A stretch of 64,000 nucleotides of DNA from Candidatus Enterousia sp. Lineage in GTDB: Bacteria > Pseudomonadota > Alphaproteobacteria > Rs-D84. Under the pieces are notes generated by a model. That model was given only the letters and a program-made list of their open reading frames with translations. It did no database searches and was not told where the DNA came from. Position numbers and translations under genes: made by a program. Of this stretch, positions 56,025-64,000 are shown in pieces. Position 1 is the first letter of the stretch. The number at the start of each line of letters is the position of its first letter. The stretch spans positions 32,001-96,000 of the forward strand of contig JAZLBQ010000007.1 of assembly GCA_045613785.1 (NCBI GenBank). Direction: 5' to 3'.

Positions 56025-57092
56025 ATGCAGATTTTATTGACCGTTGTCGCATTATTGATTGTTCTGGGCGTGGTTGTTTTTGTGCACGAACTTGGGCATT
56101 TTCTAGCGGCACGTTGGGCTGGTGTGCGTGTTGATACCTTTTCCATTGGTTTTGGACCTGCAATTATAAAATGGCATGATAAACATGGCACGCTGTGGAA
56201 AATTGCATGTTTGCCATTGGGTGGGTATGTTTCCATCTATGGTCAAGAAGACATGTTCAACCGCAAAAAATATGCAGACTTGCCAGCAGATAAAAAGGTT
56301 GGTCATTACCTGTCTGTCCCTGCCTGGAAACAGTTTATTATAATTGCTGCCGGTGTCTGCATGAACTTTTTATTGGCTTGGGGGATTTATACGTCGTTAT
56401 TCATGTTCCAGCCACGTTTGGTTGCAAATTCTCAATTACCAGTTGTCGGCCAAGTTATCCAAGAATCTGTTGCATTTAATGCAGGTGTAAAACCGGGCGA
56501 CACGATTGTCCGCATAGATAACGCCAAGATAACTAATTGGGGGGATTTAATTCTGGCCAAAGAACTGGCGTCTAATCGTGATGCAGAAGTTTTAATTGTG
56601 CGTAATGATGCCTTGGTTCAGGTTAAATTAGCACCATCTGAACGCTGGGGGATTGTTGCAGACGGTGCACGTCGTGCCGACCCAGAACGTCAAGGTTTAT
56701 TCCGTGCAATGTATTCTGGTGCACGTAAAACTTACTATGAATCAAAAACATTATTGGTTGTTTTGAAACAAATAATCACGGGCGAGCGTTCATCAAAGCA
56801 GCTGGGGTCGTTTATCACTATTGCTCAATATTCTGGTTTGGCGATGGCGGCAGGTTTCTTTACATTATTGTCGTTGATTGCGTTATTGTCTGTAAACTTG
56901 GGCATTTTGAATTTATTACCATTACCGGTTTTGGACGGTGGATACCTGCTGATATTGATTATCGAAGGCATTACACGTCGTAAACTTCAAGGGCGTGGTA
57001 TGGAAATCGCAATTATGGTTGGTTGGGTATTGATTCTTGGTTTGTTTATCCTGACCATGTGGAATGATTTAGCACGTGTATTTGGGTTATAA
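56025..57092 (+). CDS. rseP: RIP metalloprotease RseP
   Basis: HELGH, FSIGFG, PLGGYV, PDZ domain, NLLPLPVLDGG. Confidence 0.96.
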   Translation: MQILLTVVALLIVLGVVVFVHELGHFLAARWAGVRVDTFSIGFGPAIIKWHDKHGTLWKIACLPLGGYVSIYGQEDMFNRKKYADLPADKKVGHYLSVPAWKQFIIIAAGVCMNFLLAWGIYTSLFMFQPRLVANSQLPVVGQVIQESVAFNAGVKPGDTIVRIDNAKITNWGDLILAKELASNRDAEVLIVRNDALVQVKLAPSERWGIVADGARRADPERQGLFRAMYSGARKTYYESKTLLVVLKQIITGERSSKQLGSFITIAQYSGLAMAAGFFTLLSLIALLSVNLGILNLLPLPVLDGGYLLILIIEGITRRKLQGRGMEIAIMVGWVLILGLFILTMWNDLARVFGL

Positions 57093-57094
57093 TT

Positions 57095-59368
57095 ATGCAA
57101 AAGATTTCTTTACTAACATTAGTTTCTTGTTTCGTTGCATCGAATTTATACGGTGCAACGGTTTCACGCATTAATGTATCAGGTAATCAGCGTATGGATT
57201 CTGAATCTATTCGTATTTTGTCTGATGTGAAAGTTGGTGATAACGTTGGTGAATCTAGGTCGAATCAAATTGCTAAGAAATTACAGGAAAGTGGTTATTT
57301 TTCCAAAATCAACGTCCAAATGTCTGGCAACACGTTGAATATATCTGTAACAGAATCACCGATTGTAAATATGGTTACTGTCGAAGGTAATGACGAAGTT
57401 TCGACAGATGATTTAAAGAAAGAAATCAAAACAGCCGAACGGACATCATACAATGCATCAACCATTGGTGCAGACGTTCAGCGTATGTTGACAGTCTATC
57501 AACGCCAGGGTTATTTTGGCACCAAGATAGAACCTCAGCGTATTGACTTGCCTGACAATCGTGTAAACATCGTCTATGAAATTACCGAAGGGCACCCAAC
57601 CTGGATTACAGACATTGATTTTGTTGGAAATGAAAAGTTTTCAGATCGCATGCTGCGTGGTGAAATTTTGTCTCGTGAACACGCCTGGTGGCGTTTTATG
57701 ACCCAGTTTGATACATATGATTCTGACCGTATTCAATATGATGGTCAAATGTTGCGTCAGTTTTATTTGCGTAATGGTTATGTCGATTTTTCGGTAAAAA
57801 ATACAGCCGGCACATTTACGCCTGACCGCCAGTATTATTCGGTTGTATTCACTGTTGACGAAGGCGATCAATATAAGTTTGGCAAAATAACCGTTGACAA
57901 TCCATTTTCTGATATTCCAACCGATATTTTGACAGACGTTATTGTTATGGATTCCAAAGACGTTTATAACGTTGACCAGGTTGATGAAACAATGTCGGCT
58001 CTGCGTAGTGCGGTTGCTGATTATGGGTATGCCTTTATCCAGGTTGAACCAATTCCAACCAAAAATGACGATGAAAAAACAATTGATTTGGTATTCAAAA
58101 TACAAAAGACCAATCGAATATATTTAAATTCAATCAATATTCTGGGCAACGTTCGCACATTTGATTCAGTGATAGAGCATATATTGCCTATGCGTTCAGG
58201 CGACCCTTTTTCATTACAGACAATCGAAGAAGGACGTCAAAAGCTGATGCGAACCCGTTATTTCAAAGATGTCCAAATGATTCCGACCCGTGTAGCGGAT
58301 TCCAATATGATGAATTTGGATGTCAAGGTCGAAGAACAACCGACAGGCGAATTGTCTGGTGGATTTGGCTGGTCTAATATCAACGGATTTATGGTTGATG
58401 CTGGCATCACAGAAAATAACTTTATGGGGCGTGGTCAGATTGTTCAATTGCGTGCCTCTATTGCCCAGTATCAGAAACAGGCATTATTTAGTTTTACTGA
58501 ACCTTACTTGTTTGGTCGTGCATTATCTGGTGGATTTGATGTTTCATATACAATGTATGATTATTCCTCATTGGGCAGTTTTGGTTATGATCGTGACAGT
58601 TTAACGATTGCGGGTCGCCTGGGGTGGCGTTTGACAGACCACTGGACACAAAATGTTCGTCTGTCTGCATCTTTTGACCAGAACTATGATATATATTCTG
58701 GCTGGCGTGATGCAAATCTTTACACATTGGGAACGAATTTTAGATATTATAATCTTGATACAAACTTTACCCAGAACACACACACAGGTGTTGTTGCAAA
58801 CCTAGGCATTGCATATACGGGATTTGGTGGCACAGAAAGTTATATGCGATACAGTGGTGATATTGTTGGTATGGTAAATTTCTGGGACGATCGCTGGCAG
58901 TTGCGTTCATCACTGGATTTTGGGTATATCCAACCGCTGGGGGACGATGATTATGTATCTCGTGTTTATCGCTATTTCTTAGGCGGTGAATCATTGCGTG
59001 GTTTTGATGTGGCGGGTGTTGGCTCTCGTTTGTGGTATAGCAATACGTATGCGCTGGGTGGATTGTGGAAAATCAACGGTTCAACGCAGTTAAATTTCCC
59101 AATATTTATTCCAGATGAATATCAGATAAAAGGCTTTGTGTTTGCAGATTATGGTATTCTGGGCAAGCCACCAAAAACAGACTATTATTATCCACGTGGT
59201 TCAACATTTGAAAACCATATTGATGACGATTTGCGGACATCGGTTGGTTTTGGAATCTATTGGAATACGCCGATGGGGCCAATGAATTTCAGTTGGGGCT
59301 GGCCGTTAAAGATGAACAAATACGACCGAGAACAACGTTTCTTACTATCGTTTGAAACCCAGTTTTAG
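57095..59368 (+). CDS. bamA: Outer membrane protein assembly factor BamA
   Basis: POTRA repeats, LGGESLRGF, TPMGP, C-terminal F. Confidence 0.96.
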   Translation: MQKISLLTLVSCFVASNLYGATVSRINVSGNQRMDSESIRILSDVKVGDNVGESRSNQIAKKLQESGYFSKINVQMSGNTLNISVTESPIVNMVTVEGNDEVSTDDLKKEIKTAERTSYNASTIGADVQRMLTVYQRQGYFGTKIEPQRIDLPDNRVNIVYEITEGHPTWITDIDFVGNEKFSDRMLRGEILSREHAWWRFMTQFDTYDSDRIQYDGQMLRQFYLRNGYVDFSVKNTAGTFTPDRQYYSVVFTVDEGDQYKFGKITVDNPFSDIPTDILTDVIVMDSKDVYNVDQVDETMSALRSAVADYGYAFIQVEPIPTKNDDEKTIDLVFKIQKTNRIYLNSINILGNVRTFDSVIEHILPMRSGDPFSLQTIEEGRQKLMRTRYFKDVQMIPTRVADSNMMNLDVKVEEQPTGELSGGFGWSNINGFMVDAGITENNFMGRGQIVQLRASIAQYQKQALFSFTEPYLFGRALSGGFDVSYTMYDYSSLGSFGYDRDSLTIAGRLGWRLTDHWTQNVRLSASFDQNYDIYSGWRDANLYTLGTNFRYYNLDTNFTQNTHTGVVANLGIAYTGFGGTESYMRYSGDIVGMVNFWDDRWQLRSSLDFGYIQPLGDDDYVSRVYRYFLGGESLRGFDVAGVGSRLWYSNTYALGGLWKINGSTQLNFPIFIPDEYQIKGFVFADYGILGKPPKTDYYYPRGSTFENHIDDDLRTSVGFGIYWNTPMGPMNFSWGWPLKMNKYDREQRFLLSFETQF

Positions 59369-59429
59369 GTCTTGACGGATATTGGAAAAATTGCGTATAA
59401 TTTGAACATAAGGAAAAGGGGGAATACCA

Positions 59430-59576
59430 ATGAAAAAATTACTTTTAGGTCTGTTTGTTGCAGTATGCTTGGCTGGTTGTGGCCAGGTTTATGACCGTGA
59501 ACCTGTTGGTGTTGGCTTTGATAATAATGAATTAAAACTTAGTCCTTGTGCCTGCATAATGGTTTACCAGGCGTAA
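59430..59576 (+). CDS. Small lipoprotein, VirB7-like
   Basis: Manual translation, 48 aa: MKKLLLGLFVAVCLAGCGQ...ELKLSPCAC. Confidence 0.65.
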   Translation: MKKLLLGLFVAVCLAGCGQVYDREPVGVGFDNNELKLSPCACIMVYQA

Positions 59577-59604
59577 AATCCTTTCGAACGGGCAGGGGGG
59601 ACAT

Positions 59605-60309
59605 TTGAATTATCCAGACGAATTTAACACACCGACATTTCCTGCGGGGCCTCGCATTGCATCGTCCCGTGCTGTTTCTATTGCGATAATGGCAGTGTTA
59701 TTTTTGATTATGTGTGCGTGTGGATTTTTATTATGGGCTCAACGCTCTGCCCAGGTTCACCCATTTTTAGTATCCATCAATAATATAACTGGACAGTGGG
59801 ATATCATAGGTCATCATCACAATCGAACACGTGAAATTACAACAACACAATCATTACAAGAATCGGTTATTGGAAAATTTTTAACCAGTTGGTTTTGGAT
59901 ATCGGGCAATGAACGCCTGAATGCGGCACTGTGGAAGCGGTGTGATTATGCCGCAGATTGTAATCCTGAATCTCAAACTTCAAATGAAACAGGGCCTGTG
60001 GCGTGTTCATTATATTGTTTAACAGGTGGTGGAATATTTTCCAGTTTTACTTCTGATGTTATGCCGGATTATGAACGGCGTGCAGCATCTGGTGAAACTT
60101 GGATGGTTGACATGTCAACTGTTCAGTTTGTTCCACTTGGGACAATTGGTGCAAATGGTGGTTCTTGGCAAATTCGTGCAACAATTATGTCGAACCTAAG
60201 CGAGCCGATAAATATATTGGCCTATGCCCAGGTATCACGCAACACAGAAACATATCCACAAACATTGGGTTATTACATTTCGGACTTTAATGCGTATAAG
60301 ATGAACTAA
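59605..60309 (+). CDS. VirB8-like bitopic membrane protein
   Basis: TM, then VHPFLVSINNITG; ESVIGKFL; C-terminal LGYYISDF. Confidence 0.55.
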   Translation: MNYPDEFNTPTFPAGPRIASSRAVSIAIMAVLFLIMCACGFLLWAQRSAQVHPFLVSINNITGQWDIIGHHHNRTREITTTQSLQESVIGKFLTSWFWISGNERLNAALWKRCDYAADCNPESQTSNETGPVACSLYCLTGGGIFSSFTSDVMPDYERRAASGETWMVDMSTVQFVPLGTIGANGGSWQIRATIMSNLSEPINILAYAQVSRNTETYPQTLGYYISDFNAYKMN

Positions 60310-60950
60310 TGAGGAAGTTGATATTATTTTTATCAGGCTTGATATTATTGGCAGTAATGTTTGGTGTCATTACTGTGTCTGGCTTGATATATGATACCAG
60401 TGCCAAGACCACTGTTGAAACGTATTTCTTTCAGCCTGCTGATAATAATTTGCGTCGTCCTGGTGTTCCTGTATCACCATCAGATTTGGGGGACGAAGCG
60501 ATGCGTCAACGCCTTATTTCAAAATATATCACAGAATATTTTTATGTGACCCCCGATACGACAGATTTAGAACGCAGAAAATCTGGACAGACTGCATTGG
60601 CACGCATGTCAACACGTGCAGCATTTGATACATGGTTGGCAACTGCTGTTCCTGAAATAGAAGAATTATCTACCCAGGGTGCATTACGCACGGTTTCTTT
60701 GATTTCTGCGACCCAGCGTCCAAATGAAAAGTATTGGGAAATAGTTTATGAATTAAAGACCTGGTCAAAATCGAATAATTTTTCGGTTTTGCCGACAACA
60801 GACCGCGGCATTTTGTATCTGGATATCTTTTATCAGCCTGGTATGCGTGCCATGGTTGGGAAAAAGACCATCGAACAATATCTTGAATCCGGGGGCGATC
60901 CTGCTGTTGTGTTCAGATTTGGTGTCTTAGATGTTGCATCACAGAACTAA
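60309..60950 (+). CDS. Second VirB8-like bitopic membrane protein
   Basis: TM; LISKYITEYF; LARMS; WEIVYELKT; stop/start overlap with the previous gene. Confidence 0.5.
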   Translation: MRKLILFLSGLILLAVMFGVITVSGLIYDTSAKTTVETYFFQPADNNLRRPGVPVSPSDLGDEAMRQRLISKYITEYFYVTPDTTDLERRKSGQTALARMSTRAAFDTWLATAVPEIEELSTQGALRTVSLISATQRPNEKYWEIVYELKTWSKSNNFSVLPTTDRGILYLDIFYQPGMRAMVGKKTIEQYLESGGDPAVVFRFGVLDVASQN

Positions 60951-60969
60951 CGGGGTTAAAATAAGAATA

Positions 60970-61749
60970 ATGTTTATGCGTTTGTTTACAATTTTATTTC
61001 TGACTATAATTATACCCGTCTGTGGATACGCAGCGTCTGATGCGTTTGATTTTGAAAATTTTGCAATTATTGACAGCACGGACGCAGACCTAACGACAGA
61101 ACCTGTTGCACTAAATTCTGATGCTGATGTTGTGGGGGTTGGCGGATTTGATGTTGCGGGTATTATGTTGGGGATGTCATTTGACGATGTTTATTCTCTG
61201 TTTTTCAAGCAAAATGGTTTATATGCACCACGTCGTCAAAACGGTATAATTTATACAATACATCCTGATTGGAAATATAACTTGGATTATGAGTGTCGCA
61301 ATCAAGGAACGGTAATTCCATCAGAATTGGAAAAGTGCATAAACAGCCTGGCACGTGCCCGTGGATTATTGTATGTGTCCCAGGTTCATCTTGTTCGTGA
61401 AAACACTGGTGAAACATTGACTGTATATTTTACCAGCAACGCAACAGATAACGTTGTTTACCGTGTTGTTTATAATAACGACGTTAACGTGCAAGAAGGT
61501 GCGTCTGAAAAGTTTGCCAAACAACGTGAAAACAAAATATTATCTTTTTGGCAAAGTGTGTTGGATAAATATGGTGCACCAAATTCTGGCACTGACCGTT
61601 GGATATCCAGCACCAGTTCATATGATCCAATGCTGATTGCGTATTATGGTGCATTAGATTTAATTGACAATGGTCGTAATGCATCTGACCAGGTAAAAAA
61701 CAGTCAGTCGGCACGTGAAAATTTCCGGGCAAAACCTTATGCATTCTAG
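60970..61749 (+). CDS. Exported hypothetical protein
   Basis: Signal peptide; FDVAGIMLGMS...DKYGAP motif. Confidence 0.65.
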   Translation: MFMRLFTILFLTIIIPVCGYAASDAFDFENFAIIDSTDADLTTEPVALNSDADVVGVGGFDVAGIMLGMSFDDVYSLFFKQNGLYAPRRQNGIIYTIHPDWKYNLDYECRNQGTVIPSELEKCINSLARARGLLYVSQVHLVRENTGETLTVYFTSNATDNVVYRVVYNNDVNVQEGASEKFAKQRENKILSFWQSVLDKYGAPNSGTDRWISSTSSYDPMLIAYYGALDLIDNGRNASDQVKNSQSARENFRAKPYAF

Positions 61750-62089
61750 GTCGTCATATCAGCGTGGTTTATTTGCGGAATTTCTGGCACGCACATATTT
61801 GCGACTGCACGGTTTTAGGATAATCAAATCCAGATATATAACCGGTCGGCACACGAACCGTGCTGAAATTGATATTATTGCCCGTCGTGGGAAACTGTTG
61901 CTTTTCATAGAGGTAAAAAATCGCCCTAGTGTATTAAAATCATTCGAGGCAATCACTGCCGTCCAGGCTTCACGTTTGCGTCGTGCTGCCGAAACTTATA
62001 TTGTTCAAACAGGCTGGACAGGCGATGCACGCTTTGATGTTATTTCTGTATCTGGTTATAAAATAAAATGGATAAAAAATTGCATATAA
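61739..62089 (+). CDS. yraN: YraN (UPF0102) family nuclease-like protein
   Basis: GLFAE, EIDIIARRG, FIEVK, RFDVI. Confidence 0.9.
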   Translation: MHSRSSYQRGLFAEFLARTYLRLHGFRIIKSRYITGRHTNRAEIDIIARRGKLLLFIEVKNRPSVLKSFEAITAVQASRLRRAAETYIVQTGWTGDARFDVISVSGYKIKWIKNCI

Positions 62090-62154
62090 ATATTGCGATT
62101 TGGATATAAATCCTATATAATGACAAATGTTGATCATAACAAAAAGGAGAACAT

Positions 62155-62304
62155 ATGAAAAAAGTTATGTTAGCATTGTTTGCTGTTTTGACATTGGCAG
62201 CTTGCACTGGTTCATATAAATCAGGTAATTGTGAATATGATTTCTTGCTGCACAAAGATATTTCAGTTTCAAAAATCATCGGCAATATGACCGGCGGTTG
62301 TTAA
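62155..62304 (+). CDS. Small lipoprotein, YhfL/DUF4223-like
   Basis: Manual translation, 49 aa: MKKVMLALFAVLTLAACTGSYKSGNCEYDFLLHKDISVSKIIGNMTGGC; AAGGAG RBS; terminator follows. Confidence 0.75.
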   Translation: MKKVMLALFAVLTLAACTGSYKSGNCEYDFLLHKDISVSKIIGNMTGGC

Positions 62305-62389
62305 TAAAAATCCCCCGATTGGGGGATTTTTTTGTGCTTTTATTTTTTTTGCGACAAAATAAATACCCCACCATTAGGTGGGGATATTA

Positions 62390-63637
62390 TTATTTTTGTC
62401 TTGAAAAACTGTAATCCATCAACAAGTGATTTGGATTATATTTTTTATTCATGATTGCCAACGTGTCTTCAACGATAACCAGTTCTTCGTTAGTTGGAAT
62501 CATAAATACCTTTACAGGGCTGTCAGGTGTGCTGATAACGCTTTCGCCAAATCCCTTGCGAGCCAATGTCTCAGCGTTCTTTTTGACATCTAACTTGATA
62601 CCGATGTTTTCCAGTCCTGTGCAGAAACGTTCACGCAGATATTCGTCATTTTCGCCAACACCTGCTGTAAATACAACTGCATCAACACGTCCCAGTTCTG
62701 CCATATAAGCACCGATGTATTTTTTTACATTTTGAACTTCGGTTTCGATGGCCAAGCGGCACAAATCATTTGTTCCCTTGTTTTCTTCTACATCACGACG
62801 GTCTGCATAGCATTCTGTGATACCTTTTAATCCAGAATCCTTGTTTAAATGAGTCTGCATTTGTGCAGGGCTCAGTTTTAGTTGTTCCATCACATACAAT
62901 ACAACACCTGGATCCAAATCGCCTGGGCGTGTTCCCATTGTCAAACCCGACAGTGGTGTCATACCCAACGAAGTATCTACGGAAATACCATTTCGAATAG
63001 CAGTTGCAGATGCCCCTGAACCGATGTGCATTGTAATCAAGTTGCAGTCTTTTGCTGGTTTTCCCAACATAGCTGCTGCACGTTTCGAAACATACAAGTG
63101 GCTTGTTCCGTGGAATCCATAGCGACGAACGCCTAATTCTTTATACCATGCGTTTGGCACGGCATAGCGGTATGAATAGTCTGGCATTGTCTGATGGAAT
63201 GCAGTATCAAACACTGCGACCTGCTTTGCATTTGGCAACAACTGTTTAGCAGTCATAATACCACGCAGTGCAGGTGGGTTATGCAATGGTGCCAAAGGCG
63301 ACAATTTATCAATAGTCTTGATAACTTCATCTGTAATTTCAACTGAAGAAGCGAATTTATCACCCCCCATAACAACACGATGACCGACACCGCCGATTTC
63401 GTTCAAATCAACAGAAGCTTCACGCAGCATAAACAGAACTACGTTCAAAGCCTCGTCGTGATTTTTCATAGAAGTTTCCTTCTTTTGCTTTGTTCCATCT
63501 GGATACTTTTGAGTAACAAAGGAATCAGGCAAGCCAATTTTTTCAACATTACCACCAACGATGGCTGATTTTGTATCTGCGTCAAAGACCTGATATTTCA
63601 GGGACGAAGACCCACAGTTCAGTGCAAGTATATACAT
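62390..63637 (-). CDS. ackA: Acetate kinase
   Basis: LNCGSSSLK, GHRVV.GG, APLHNP, FDTAFHQT, RYGFHGTSH, FTAGVGEN, PTNEEL. Confidence 0.98.
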   Translation of the reverse strand: MYILALNCGSSSLKYQVFDADTKSAIVGGNVEKIGLPDSFVTQKYPDGTKQKKETSMKNHDEALNVVLFMLREASVDLNEIGGVGHRVVMGGDKFASSVEITDEVIKTIDKLSPLAPLHNPPALRGIMTAKQLLPNAKQVAVFDTAFHQTMPDYSYRYAVPNAWYKELGVRRYGFHGTSHLYVSKRAAAMLGKPAKDCNLITMHIGSGASATAIRNGISVDTSLGMTPLSGLTMGTRPGDLDPGVVLYVMEQLKLSPAQMQTHLNKDSGLKGITECYADRRDVEENKGTNDLCRLAIETEVQNVKKYIGAYMAELGRVDAVVFTAGVGENDEYLRERFCTGLENIGIKLDVKKNAETLARKGFGESVISTPDSPVKVFMIPTNEELVIVEDTLAIMNKKYNPNHLLMDYSFSRQK

Positions 63638-63690
63638 ATTTCATCCTTTTTTCTTCTTCGCCCCCAGCATAGCAAACGATATTATTGTTT

Positions 63691-64000
63691 TCAACAGTAA
63701 ACTCGGAATTTTACGTCCCAATTTTCATCATTTACATATGTTGTTTCACCTGTTTCTTTGTGGCTAACCCAGTATTGTTCATATCCGACCATAAGGCAAA
63801 CATGAAGGCCATTTTCATCTGTGTGCGTATTAGGTATAGGGTTGGTTCGGTTGCCGATTCCAAAAGCGTTTACAACATCGCCAACTTGATAGCCTGCATC
63901 AGAGGCTTTACAAACCAGGGTAGTTTGAATAAATTCAGGTTGTTTATCAGTATTGATGATAAAGTCCAGAAACGCACACTTGCTGTTGATTGGCACAGTG
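63691..64000 (-). CDS. C-terminal part of a hypothetical protein entering from the right edge
   Basis: Open frame up to the window edge; LVCKASDAGYQVGD...W...F.VY. Confidence 0.55.
   Translation of the reverse strand, partial: TVPINSKCAFLDFIINTDKQPEFIQTTLVCKASDAGYQVGDVVNAFGIGNRTNPIPNTHTDENGLHVCLMVGYEQYWVSHKETGETTYVNDENWDVKFRVYC

Overview
A 64-kb stretch of an AT-rich, compact alphaproteobacterial chromosome. Markers are LpxI, ZapA, parC, dnaB and the frr-uppS-cdsA-rseP-bamA block. ackA, a clostridial-type ferredoxin and an alpha2-type GlyRS suggest a reduced anaerobic gut lineage (Rs-D84/Enterousia-like; this placement is inference). The window holds housekeeping genes, six tRNAs and a surface-glycan cluster. 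Five signals stand out. (1) A dispersed podovirus-like gene set (lysozyme, cell-wall hydrolase, holin, scaffold, capsid, terminase, Bbp19-like, Mtd-type tail fibre) is woven among core genes. Three of its loci have double-terminator leaders, its terminase is split around the dnaB operon, and it carries two apparent deletions. It may be a domesticated phage or gene transfer agent in decay. (2) Six unrelated orphan proteins all end in Q-x-x-R-stop, and a VirB7-VirB8-VirB8-like locus is present, suggesting a C-terminal secretion signal and an effector set. (3) Three tRNAs are each followed by a terminator and an inverted, loop-mutated copy of their own T-arm, with direct repeats bracketing zero or one gene: an integrase-less, tRNA-anchored cassette architecture. 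(4) An ABC-F gene has an M-C-M uORF attenuator. (5) There are candidate sRNAs and a degenerate tRNA-Ala copy. All family assignments come from motif recognition by eye; no searches were run.
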